Shown here: positions 47,561-59,111 of the stretch, piece by piece
Position numbering within the stretch: the first letter of the stretch is position 1
Layout of the letters: every line of letters begins with the position of its first letter
From: Uloborus diversus
Taxonomy: Eukaryota
DNA length: 64,000 bases
Assembly: GCF_026930045.1 (NCBI RefSeq)
Contig: NC_072731.1
Span: 138,010,156 to 138,074,155 of the forward strand
Reading direction: 5' to 3'
Notes under the pieces: generated by a model
Database searches by the model: none
What the model was told of the DNA's origin: nothing
The model's input: the letters and a program-made list of their open reading frames with translations, nothing else
Translations under genes and position numbers: made by a program

Positions 47561-48999
47561 CCCCTTTCTTATCTCCCCTATCCGATTACAGGTTCTCTCT
47601 CTCTCTCTTTTTGCCAAGTCCCCCCCCCCTCGAAAAAAAAAAAAAAGAAAAGAAAAATAAACACTTTTCTCTGGTTGCGCCACTGAATTACGCGCATTGG
47701 AAAACTGGGTAATGCTGGAATTTTGCTAGATGCCAGAAATCGGGGATCTCACCCCCTGCACTAACTAAATTACAAAAAAATAAAAAAGACAAAATTTTTA
47801 ACTAAAATTTTATTTTTTGTTTTGTCGGAAATGTCGTTTTTCTCCTTTTAGATAAGGATGTAACCACCTCCCAAGCTTGTTGATTCAAAAATAAAAAAAG
47901 TTATGATTTTCTGCATCGTTAATATTAGTAAACTATATAATTTTTGTTGTGTCAATTAGAGGGCCTTTGGATCAGGTTGCGCCTGGGGCCTCAAAATCGT
48001 ATGATCCGCCACTGCGTAATGCTTGACTTATTTTTTAAATTCATGCTTCTAATTGTACTATAAAGACATAAAATGCCTAGTTAGGAATAATTGCGGAAGG
48101 TTTTATAGCACATTTAAGAGTAAAGATAGCAAAATAATAAATAAATAAATACAATAAAGTACATTTTCAAATCGATGTCACATGTCAGCATTGAAAATAT
48201 CCCATAGACAAAACATATGAATTTATCTTAAAGAATAACATAAATAACCATTGAATAAAATTAATCTTACTCGTGAGATTGAAGTGATAATACGAAATTC
48301 TGGGCTTCCATGTCCTTTGTTTCGAAGTCTAGGGGAAAAAGTTATTTTCGGCCATTTCTAACATTGATCGCACATCGTCTGCGATATGACTTGTTTAGTA
48401 CTGTATTAATAAACAAATACAAATATCAGTCATTCATAAGTTATTCCTAAAACAATACTATTCCATACTAATAACTAAGCAACCAACTTAACGAAGCCTA
48501 AAAAAAGCAACGCCACGTGCAGCTCCTCTGAACCGACTGAATCGATGTGCCAGCAATGAAAGGGACGCTGGGTAGAAAGAACTGTGCGCATGCGCAAGTA
48601 TCAACGAAGGTCCACCTGTTCTATTGTGTACTAATTACCTTGACGGCGACAGCATGAAATCAATATCATCTTTTGACGGCGTCAACATGTATGCAATGTT
48701 GTTATTGTAAGGTAATATTGATATTTTAAGATGAATGCAATGTTGCATACGTGTTATTATTGTAATATTGCCTTTTAATCTTTATGCAAGCTTTATGCAG
48801 TATGAAACACGTCAATATTGACGCCGTCAGTATGATATCAAGATCTGTCAAGGTTGATGCAAGAAATTTTGCTAGTAGGGAAGAATTCCGGAGGAGAACC
48901 GCCAGGCTTATGTAACTTTTTACGGCGCTAGGGCATATCCATCAATCGCCGAGGTGAGGTAGACAAAAGTCTATAGTTATATTTTTCAGATATTAATGT

Positions 49000-49800
49000 T
49001 GAAAAATATCCGAAAGATCCGTAGAAGCTTCCCAGTTTTGTTAACGTCGCCAAAGATAATATAAAACTGCGATTTTAGAAATATCCGCTTAAGAGCCCCA
49101 AAATCTTTCCTTCTCAAAAATAGCATATAATGGATTTCAGTTCCGAAAAATATTTTGGTTCGGAATACTTTCACGTTTCCCCTATTGTTTTCAAATCTAG
49201 CCAAAAACGGGTTTTTGAAAAAATAGTGCCGAGAAATTACCAGAGGATAACCGCCAGATCGCCTACCGTCACCAAAGACGGCTTAAATTTGCGTTTTAAA
49301 CTTATATTTCGAAATCTTTCGATGGGAGACGATTGAATCACCCTCTCTCTTGCAACGTCAACAAAGGTAACCCAAAATTGCGAGTTTAAAATTTCAGTTT
49401 CGGAGATTTTTCGGGAAGAACACCGATCCTTCCTAAGCTACGGTCTTAAAAAATAACTTCAAATTGATTTCAAATTTGAAAGAACTTTAGGAAAGAATTG
49501 CATCATAGTGCTTTCACCTAAAGTCTCGAAAAAGCTCCTAAAATTGCGATATTTGACGTCAATTTTGAAAATTTCTCCATGCGTCTTGAATATACTTGAC
49601 TCTTTTGTCCTTTCAACCAAACACAACTAAAGATTAACTAAAAATATTTTTCATGCGCCAATTTCGATAATTTTCTTGGAGCAGTCCTCCTCCCCTGAAT
49701 CCTTGACACCTCCCCCCACGCTTCCCCTTCCTCCGTCCCTTCTCTGATGTCAGCGAAGAAAAACTATAAAATGCGTTTTTACGACTAGTAAATTTTGGCA
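49000..49800. repeat. Satellite-like array (same ~95-bp monomer family), about 8 monomers
   Basis: Recurring taaaa(c/t)tgcg(a/t)ttt.a(a/g)a..atttcgaaa... monomers. Confidence 0.65.
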
Positions 49801-50359
49801 TCTATTACTTTCTTCAAAGATATAAGTTGTACCTAAAGAGTTTCTTACTATAAAAAATGTCTTCCTTTTTATAAGATAATTCTTCTGTCCCCCCCCCCCC
49901 TCCTTTTTTTTATTTCAAACTTGGCATAGAAATTTAAAGAAAGATTTATATAGACGTTAAAGATTTGTCAAAACATGCAAATTACTCTTGAGGGGCGGCA
50001 CATTAGGTCTTTGCACACGGGCGGCCGACACCCTAGTTATCTCACTTTCATATTTGTTAAACTAAGAAATTGTATAGTTTGCTGTTAAAATCTAGAAATT
50101 GTACATTTTTTTAAGTAGCAGTAATGGGAAATCATGGTTGTATATATTGAAATATAGTTTTTAGAAACTCCTAATTTCGTGCTTGGATAATCATGTTTGC
50201 TTGAAAAAGCAAACATGAAAGAATGGGGTCGTTTTCAAAATTTTAAAAGTATTTTTTTTTTTTCGGACAGAGCATGCTTAAAAATATAGAATCTGGCCAT
50301 TTTTAAATAATTTGTTTAAATTTCATATTTGAAAAAAATTATTTAAATCGGTGCGCTTT

Positions 50360-51800
50360 CATTGTTTACCATAGACTAATAATAAGAGTAGACCAAGCTT
50401 TCCCAGACTTGCTGATGAAAAAATTGGTTCATGGATACATCATGTGACTGGTGGAAGGCTTGGCGAAAACTTAAGGCAGCATGGTTGCTAGACGGCAACA
50501 TTATCTATAGTTTGGCACTCGACATGTATTTTAAGTAATGTGTTTTCATTATAAATTTTTTCCAGGTGCAGAGATTGAACTGTTTTTCTTTTAGTTATGA
50601 ATTATTTTGACATTAGTAATTAGTTTTTGATCACAGTTTTCAGTAACTTTTATTTCATTTGGAACTGCTACGTCAGCGTTGGCGTGAACGTAATGGAGTA
50701 AACGTTTTGCGTTAACGCAAAAATGTACTAATCGGAATCTTAAATTGAAATTGTGGGCAAAAATCTTACCGTTTGCCAATTCTATTTGGGCGCTTGCATT
50801 TTTAATTGCTTAGAGAGTTATTGAAATTGACTAAAGAAAATGCACAATACTATCTAAACAAAAAACTCACTATATTAACAAAATATTTACAACTTAGAAT
50901 AACAAATTTACAAATCGGACTCCATAAATATTCCGCGTTCCATCAATTCTATTTATTTTATTTCTCGCGGGCGTTGATCGTCTGCTACGCTCAACGCCTG
51001 CTGTTGCTAGGATATCCACTAGTCACATGGTTTGGTTCATGAGCAGCAAAGGGTTGCCATCATAGACTAATAATAAGAGTTGACCGAGCTTTTTCATTCT
51101 TGCTGATGAAGAAAATTGGTTCATAGATGTATCACGTGACTAGTGGAAGGGTTTGGCGAAGACTTTGGCAATAGTTTGACACTCGACATGTATTTTAAGA
51201 CAATGTGTTTTCATTAAAAAAAATTTTCCAAGTGCAGAGATTGAACAGTTTTTTTTTTTTTTTTAGTTATGCATTATTTTGACACTAGTAATAGTTTTTG
51301 GTCACAGTTTTCAGTAACTTTTATTTCATTCGGAACTACTACGTCAGCGTTGGCGTAAACGTAATGGCGTAAACGTTTTGCGTTAACGCAAAAATGTACT
51401 AATCGGTATCTTAAATTGAAATTGTAGGTAAAAATCTTACAGTTTGCCGATTCTTTTTGGGCGCTTGAATATTTAATTGCTTAGAGAGTTATTGAAATTG
51501 ACTAAAGAAAATGCACAATACTTTCTAAACGAAAAACTCACTATATTAACAAAATATTTACAACTTAGAATAACAAATTTACAAATCGGTCTCCATAAAA
51601 GATCATTCTTCCGTGTTCCATCAATTTTTATTTATTTTATTTCGATCGTCTGCTACGATCAACGCCCGCTGTTGCTAGGATATCCACTAGTCACATGGTT
51701 TGGTTTATGAGCAGCAAAAGGGTTGCCATAGCTCGGTCTATTCTTATTATTAGTCTATGGTTGCCATAGCTCGGTCTATTCTTATCATTAGTCTATGTTG
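50360..51800. repeat. Two tandem copies of a ~670-bp TIR-bearing (MITE-like) unit plus two extra terminal-repeat copies
   Basis: Units at about 50360..51058 and 51059..51728 each start catagactaataataagag(t/tt)gacc and end ggttgccat. 51729..51800 repeats the inverted terminus twice (agctcggtctattcttat(t/c)attagtctatg). The internal inverted pair is tcatgtgactggtgga / tccactagtcacatgg. ORFs 50806..51042 and 51477..51710 are repeat artefacts. Confidence 0.75.
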
Positions 51801-51879
51801 TTTACGCTTCTGTCCGGTGACATCACAAATGATGAAATGCCATTCAGTGTTGCCATTCACAGAGCAAAATTTTTAATTC

Positions 51880-52150
51880 GCATCTTTACTCACGTGTATT
51901 GGCAACGATATGGTTGATAGTAAGCGTAGAGCGCAATTTTAATGCGCTTTTTGATTATCATAACGTGGAAACGTGGTAGAAAGATGTGCCAAAGAGCATC
52001 ATTTGTGACTGCATCAAGACCACGCTGTTGAGAAAATAAAAGTATTTTCTGTGTCTATGTTTTTTTTTTTTTTTTTTGCTTATTCTATCAATTTTATTTG
52101 ACAAAAAGTACTACTTTTGACTGAAGGAAACAACCCCATTATCCCCCTCA
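51880..52150. repeat. Dispersed ~270-bp repeat; second copy at 53865..54135
   Basis: The block agagcgcaattttaat.cgct...gattatcataacgtggaaacgt.gtagaaagatg...catcatttgtgac..catcaagaccacgc...tattttctg.gtc.atgtattttttttttttttgct.attctatc is shared. Confidence 0.7.
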
Positions 52151-53153
52151 GCGAACAGTGGGTGGTGAGAGCATTGCAAAATGGTTATTTTTTTAAAAAT
52201 TAATCATGATGTTGTGCTCATATTTTATCATTCTGTAATATTCGGAGTTTTATTCGTAATATTCGGGGTTTCCTTCCGCAATTTGAGAACTCTCGCCCTG
52301 CCAAAAACGTAAATTTCAGAGCCTCTGTATGCAGCTGTAATTCTCCTTTTTTTTAAAAAAATAGATTTGTTTTATGTTTGAACATAAGAAAAAACTATTA
52401 ATAAAAATAGGTTCTATTCTGGCATTTCCATAATTCATCATAATCTAAATAGAATCGATCCTTTCCTCGGAGTCTGTCGGGGAGTTCCATGTTGTCTGCC
52501 ATATAACATTTTAGAAAAGGCGGGATGTTGCAGTCGTCTTCGGTTTGTTTTTTGCATCGCTTGCAGATTTTTTTTTCTCGTCGAAAAAAATTGTCTGCTA
52601 AATTACATTTAGTTCCTTGTCTTATTCGATTGCGAAAAGAATCGAATGTCTAATTTCGTTTCAGTTTAATTTCATTGCACTGGAAAATTACCGTCTGTTT
52701 TACTAAACTGAAATTTTGCTTTTTTATAAAAATAAATCTAGAACGAAGAAGAGTTATAAGCGTGTCATACGATGAAAAGATTACGTAATCGAAATGAAGT
52801 TGAGTGTTTGATGTGTGGAACTACTTTTGAATATTATTATAAACGAAAACATGAACAATTTTGCCATGATGGCAGACAAATCTTCGTAAAAGTTGTTGGA
52901 GATCCAATAAACGCGTATAATGCTGAAAGAAAGAAAAGAAAGATTTCTACATGTAGCGAATTATCGCCATCAACGGTAAGTTTCAAATTAATCTTTTTTT
53001 TTTTTTTTTTATAAAATATTCGTTCAACTGTTTAGATGCATTTTTAATTCGTTGACTTCTGAAATGGGGTCGTTTCCAAAATTTTAAAAGTATTTTTTTC
53101 TGAAAGAGCATGCTTAAAAACATAAGATCTAACCATTTTTTAAATAATTTATT

Positions 53154-53614
53154 CAGGGGTGCCCACAAAAGAGGATTATGGCGCAAGTTGCGCCATCAAT
53201 TTCTTTTTTTTTTTTTTTTGGGGGGGGGGTGGATTTTTAAAATTGCTTTTTATTTCTGTATTTATTGATTTATTTTTAGTTTAAATTAGTATTTATTTTA
53301 TTTTATTTTATTCTGTTTATTTTCTATTTCATTTATTTAGTTTGTGTGTGTGTGTGTTATTGGCGTAGCACAGAAATTTTTTAATAAAATAATAATAATA
53401 ATTAAAAATAATTAAATACATAAATAAATAAAAAAATATTTAAAAGGATAAATAAATAAAAAATATTAAAAAAACAACAATATATTTTTAAAAATAAATA
53501 AATAAAATAAAAAAAAGAACTTAAAACAAAAAAAAAGGGGGGGGGGGGGAGATGAGAAAATTCGGGGGTGGATTTGAGCCATTAAACTTTGGGGGGGGGG
53601 GATGGGCACCCCTG
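53154..53614. mobile_element. hAT-like MITE (461 bp)
   Basis: TIR CAGGGGTGCCCA... / ...TGGGCACCCCTG. A perfect 8-bp TSD AATTTATT lies at 53146..53153 and 53615..53622. The interior is AT low-complexity with G-runs. A paralogous flank at about 50310..50345 (ccatttttaaataatttgtttaaatttcat) lacks the insert. Confidence 0.7.
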
Positions 53615-53656
53615 AATTTATTTAAGTTTAATATTTAAAAAAAAAAATTCTTAAAT

Positions 53657-53870
53657 CGGAACCACGGATTGTATGGAATTTTCAAATGTCCAGCTAAGAC
53701 GAATCTGTCTGAATGAGGGGGGAAAATAAAAAAATTGATGCCGGTATTCCGCTCATTTGAATGAGACTCTGCTTCTGCAAAAGCTGGCATCGCTGAAAAA
53801 TAATAGATTCGTCCATTTTCGGCTGTAAAACGGATGTTTGTCTTTCCATACAATCCGTGGTCAGACAGTA
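53657..53870. mobile_element. Small fold-back element (~215 bp)
   Basis: TIR CCACGGATTGTATGGAA at about 53661 and its reverse complement TTCCATACAATCCGTGG at about 53846. It is inserted after aaatcgg, relative to the paralog at 50345. Confidence 0.55.
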
Positions 53871-54925
53871 GAGCGCAATTTTAATTCGCTGCTTGATTAT
53901 CATAACGTGGAAACGTAGTAGAAAGATGCGCCGCAAATTGCATCATTTGTGACGTCATCAAGACCACGCCTTGTTTGAAAAATCGAACATTTTAAAAAAA
54001 TAATTAAAAAAGAAACTGTTGGGAAAATCAAAGTATTTTCTGGGTCCATGTATTTTTTTTTTTTTTTTGCTCATTCTATCCATTTCAAAGACTAAAAGTA
54101 ATACTTTTGACTGCAGGAAACCACCCCTTTTGAAATAAAATGATTAGTCGGTAATGGTCGTCATGGGTTCTGTGCTAAATGCTGTTCAAAGTGCAAAAAT
54201 CTTAACAATAAATTTATTTCAAACTTTTACCCTTGCACTGAAATTATTTTAACGACCAAGCTTTCCCAATGAGAAAAATATGCATGTTTCAACGCTCAAA
54301 CTTATGATTGAAAGCTAGATAATGATAAGAGAAATTCTCTTCATGACTTGAGCCGCACTTTTCTTCGTTTGTGATGTCACTTTCTTGGACTTTTCGAAAA
54401 CTACAGGAATTCTTAAATTGCCCTTTCTGACCCAGAAAAGTTATTTTGTCCTTTGGAGTGCATTATGAAAAGTGCTGAGTATTTTTAAAAAAAATTCTGT
54501 TAATTTTTAAAACTTCGGTTATGCATATTTCTATCAAGTTCCTTTTGTCTTTGGGTGAGAGCGCGATTTTGTTCTAATTATGAGCTCTTTACTTAAATTC
54601 CATTTTATACGAGAGGGAGAGGGGTATTTTCTTTTTGCTCGAAATGGAACTCGTAACGCGTTTTTTAATCTGATTCTTTCTAATATCCGGTTTAAATCTG
54701 TGCGAATCAAATAAATCTTCGGAGGTTGGCGAGCACGAACGAGCAGAGAGGGGAGTCCCCTAGTTTATTTAATAAAAACTGCAGATTTATTCTTAAAAGC
54801 ATTTTATTAAAAATAATTAGGAAAAAGGACAGTGACTATGTCAAAAATATACTATGTGCAAATAGGTTATGGATGTAATGGTCACATAAAAGTAATGATA
54901 CTGTGAACGAGTGGGTACGAGAAAA

Positions 54926-55132
54926 CTATTCTTCTTCAAATATGTTACTTGTCCGAGGACTACTAGTAGATCTAGGGAAAATAGATAATGTTCTTCTTCT
55001 TATTCCAGCTGAGAAACGGCGTACTTTTTCATTTTTAGAGCACAAGAGAGTTGCCACGCACATAATAATGAGCAATATCACAATCAGTAGTGCGAGAATG
55101 ATCAATACAGTAGCACCTTTTCCTCCTCCTCC
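54926..55132 (-). other. Possible terminal coding exon of a minus-strand gene encoding a single transmembrane helix plus a short tail (speculative)
   Basis: A minus-strand acceptor-like ttgttgttttag|GAGGAGGAGG precedes an open frame ...GGGGKGATVLIILALLIVILLIIMCVATLLCSKNEKVRRFSAGIRRRTLSIFPRSTSSPRTSNIFEEE*. It has a strong hydrophobic segment followed by a basic stretch, but no homology is recognised. Confidence 0.2.
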
Positions 55133-57346
55133 TAAAACAACAAAGAAGGTTATTAAATTATCTATCAAATCAATGTATTTATCTAACGAATAACGAATAA
55201 ATACCTTTGTGCTTGAAAATCAAATGAATCAATTGACCAGCTTTTTGATGCACAAAATATTGCAAATTACTGAACACACGTGTTTCGCTGTTACATGGAA
55301 CACTTTTTCAATGCAAAGAAGTGTGAGCTTTTGGATAAAAAGTCACCCGAGAAAAGCTTCGGATGACTTTTCATCACTGGCGTAGCAGCATGGGTGACAC
55401 CTAGAGTGGCAATTGATGGTGTCATCCCATAAAAACTGTTTAAAACGAGCTGATGTGTACATCACATGACTTCCTTTTACACCAATTTAAAGTTATTTCC
55501 CCATTATTGGATATTTTAATGTGATTCAATAGTTAACTCTTTAAATGTCTTTTAGAATGGTCAAATGGAAACAAGAGTTTTAAAAAAATCGCCAAGTTGG
55601 CGACAAAACTTGGCGACCAGAAGCTTGGCGATATATTGCCAAGTGTTTGCATAAATTATAACACCACTTGAGTTTGCATTGAAATTAACATTGATTTCCC
55701 CACAAAAAGGTGTAAAAGACCCCCTTTGGAACATTCGAATACAACCAAAGAGGGAGGTGCACAACTAGACCCCACTAGGAGTCTACGTACCAAATTTCAA
55801 CTTTCTAGGACTTACCGTTCTTGAGTTATGCGACATACATCCGCACATACGCACCATGGGCGCCCATATGCAAAATTGTAAGGGGGAGGGGCTCAGAGAT
55901 CTTAACCATGGTTTAGCAAGATATTTTCCCCATGAAAACTAATTTCAGGACAGACTTAGAGTCATTAAAATTTGACATTTTTAATAACTTATTCATTAAT
56001 GGTTGTAGCTCATTTTATGAAATATTTTTACATTTTGCAGAGAAAAAAGTACTAAAAGCAAGGAAGTTCTAATTTCTAAGGGGGGACTCGAGCCCCCCTT
56101 GCCCCCTATATGGGCGCCCTTGATACGCAATACGTTCATATGGACGTCACGAGAAAAGTCGTTGTAATTAACTCGGGGAATGTCAAAATGGATACTTCGG
56201 GTGTTTATACGTTCTTAGGCACTTATCCGCGTGTGGTGGGGTTGAAAAAAAAAAAAAAAAAAACTCAACATTAATTCGGGGGTTGGCAAAATGGAAATTA
56301 AGGCCGAATTTTGAGGGAAATTTTTTTCGCGAATACAATACTTCCTTTTTTGTAAAAGGAAGTAAAAAAAAAAAAAAACATGTAAGCGTAGAGAATATAT
56401 TTTAATCCAACATATTAAACATTTTAAAAATATATAAATCATTCTTCATCCAACTTCCTTACTGTCGATCAACCTTATTTTGAAGAAACTATCTGAATAA
56501 CCGGGAACTAAACAATTATCGACCAATGAAAAAGAGTGTTAATACGTGTTTAAATAAAACTTAGTTTATCTTTGAACGTTTTAGAATTCACAGCTGTCGG
56601 TTTGAAAATCTTCCAATGAATAGAACTTTAAAATAAAACTTGACATTTTAAGGTTACTGAGTGCCATTAAAAATACATTTTTGGGGTGTTAGGACGCTTC
56701 CAATGACTCTCTTTCGACAAGATTGCTACTGTGCATGTAAAACACAGCAAACGTAAAACCTAGAAGTGTTTTTCCAGTTCATTTTCTACTCTTTTGAAAT
56801 CTGAATTTCCGTCAATGGTTTTAGCTTTTAACAAGAAGTTCTGTCTAGAACTAGACGAGCCTACTTTCCCGTATACCCATACTACTTTCTAGTACCTGAT
56901 CAATATTCTCAAAAATAGCTAAAATCGCAAATTTTTTCAAACATATTTTAAAAATACTTTAAGCTGATTTCTAGGAATAAAATAAAGCAGCTAATACACT
57001 TTTTTCCATTAAAAAATTCTTTCACAGCTTTCAAAACGAAAAAATAATGATTAAAATTAATAAGCTCATTAAAATAAATACATCATATAAAAAAAAAATC
57101 GTTTCTTTGTCCGCTGTTGCCAAAAACAATTTTTTAAATGAATTAATGCACTTACCAGAATAAATAAAAACAATAAAATGTCAACTTAAAGAAATAATTT
57201 TCATTGTCAAAAAAAAAAAAAATCGTCTGCGCATATCTTTATGTAGAAACATAAATGACTTCGAGTTTATTCGCCGAAAGTTGAATACCTAAATTAAAAC
57301 TTTAGCGTAAAAATAAAAACAAGTCACATCAATAATAATCTTTTCA

Positions 57347-58186
57347 CAGTCAAAACTATAGCTGCGGAGTCGGAGTCGGAGTCAGTCTCATTTTGGGGTA
57401 AAGGAGTCGGAGTCGAATATCCAAGAATCTGAGTCAGTCATTTGTCCTCCGTGTATAAATTTTTGCCAAAGCTACGAAGTCATAGTCGAAGTCAGGGAGT
57501 CGGAGTCCGATTAATTGTCGGGCACTAAAGTCGGAGTCGGAGTCAAGTGCCCCTAAATTCTCGGAAACGAAGTCTGGAGTTTGGCGTCAAGAGCTATTTC
57601 CAACAAAATTTGTTTGAAGTAAATCCGCCTTCAAGTACGGAATCAACATTGATTTTCAGTTTCCCCATAGGCGCTAATGTTAAGGGATTTGATTTGTTCA
57701 AAATTGAACGGAAAATTGTTCAAATCAAAAAGATATTTTATATACAAGTTTTTCATCAAACTCTTTTTCCTACAAAGTTTGTTTGAAGCAAATTCGCCTC
57801 ACAGTTCGGAATTGCCTTGAATTTCCCCCTAGGCGCTAACGTTAAGTTTTTTTTGAATTGTTCAAAATTTAACAAAAAATATTTCAAATCAAAAAGTGAA
57901 ATATGGGAATGAGGTATCCTCGCCGAGATCTTTCGAACAAAAAAAAGTTTGTTCGAATCGGACTATTCATTCAAAAGTTATTAGGGGGGGGGGGACAGAC
58001 AGACAGACCGACAGACACTTTTCCCCATCTCAATACCCTACTTTCCAATTTTTAATTTTTCGATATTTATTTAATTATTTTATTTATTTTTGACTTTTTT
58101 TTGTTTTTTTGCGATATTTTTAAGATGCATTAAGCCTTCTTTCATGCTTTTTTCTTCTTTTTCTGACTTTTACTGGGAAAGTAGGC
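57347..58186 (+). repeat. Copy B of the ~850-bp dispersed repeat, the inverted partner of 1143..1998
   Basis: See copy A. It is rich in GAGTCG hexamer runs at its 5' end and has the same internal ~180-bp tandem duplication. Confidence 0.8.
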
Positions 58187-58286
58187 TAAAAACACAGAAT
58201 GTATATTTGAAAGGAAAACCATTGGCTAGTTTAAAATAGTAAAGAAAAAAATATTCAAAAATGCACTTTTAGCTCCTCTTTAATTG

Positions 58287-58398
58287 CGGCAGTGAGAAGC
58301 AAAGGGATGCAAGTGGACTATTTTAAGTTTCGAGTAAAACGCATTCAAGATCAGATCCTAGGTAGGCTTTCATTATAAATTTTTTTCTAAATCACGGG
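58287..58398. mobile_element. Truncated copy of the short MITE family (left TIR only)
   Basis: gcggcagtgagaagcaaagggatgcaagtggactattttaagtttcgagtaaaac..., then it diverges. Confidence 0.55.
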
Positions 58399-59111
58399 AC
58401 GCGGGAGCGTCCCGCCCCGCCAAGGAAACCAAACGTCAGCAGCCAACAGAAGCAAATCCACCGCCAAAGACGAAAGAAAATAAAAGTGACCAAGAACAAG
58501 ATTACACGACAGAACAAGTTGGGGTTTTTTAGGTTTTTCACCCCTTGATTTTTGGTACACTCAATCTCTAGTGACCCCTGACGCCGTAAACCAAAATACA
58601 ATCCCCTGGACCATCAGGGGAGGAGGTATTAAAGTTATAAAATCGCTGTTCAAAAAAGTTTTCGCTTTCTTTGACAGGGCTACAGCCCAGACGAAAAAAG
58701 GAATCAAGCTGAAATTTCGCACACACATTCCTTGTGCCCTACTGATGTGCCTTTTGTGCCATTTGACCCCCCTCCCCTTCCCCCTCGTTTTTACCCCCCA
58801 AATTGTACCTTCCCGAGGTTCTATCGCAGCCCCCCCCCCCGGGGGTTACGGTAATGATTTTTTGTATACACATATTCCTGGGGGGCCATTGAGTACGTAT
58901 ACAAAAATTCAATCCCCAGGGACGTCATGGGCCGGAGTAATTAAAGTTTGAAAATCACTAATTTTTCCTAAATGCTGATGTACTTACTCTCAGCTCATAG
59001 GGTTGGTTTATCTCGGACTGCAATTGCAAGGTTAGAACAGATCTAACAGTTATTCCAAAGTTGTCTTAGGAAATGAAATTCAATCAAGACTGAAACATAT
59101 CCAACAGTTGC

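Larger units (their letters stand above)
44733..47685. mobile_element. Candidate nested non-autonomous element B (about 2.95 kb)
   Basis: A perfect 17-bp TIR CAGTGGCGCAACCAGAG at 44733..44749 matches an inverted copy at 47669..47685. The 8-bp flanks AATTACAA / AATTACGC match 6 of 8. It lies inside element A and itself contains satellite plus Tc1. Confidence 0.5.
42770..48014. mobile_element. Candidate 5.2-kb non-autonomous hAT-like element (element A)
   Basis: TIR CAGTGGCGGATCAT at 42770..42783 matches an inverted copy at 48001..48014. A perfect 8-bp direct flank CGTAATGC lies at 42762..42769 and 48015..48022. It contains a second related element (44733..47685), tandem repeats, satellite and a Tc1 copy. 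Confidence 0.55.

Noticed and set aside
50806-51710. Paired ORFs 50806..51042 and 51477..51710 (MLRELLKLTKENAQY...)
   Set aside because: They are identical because they sit in the two tandem 670-bp MITE-like units, not because of selection.
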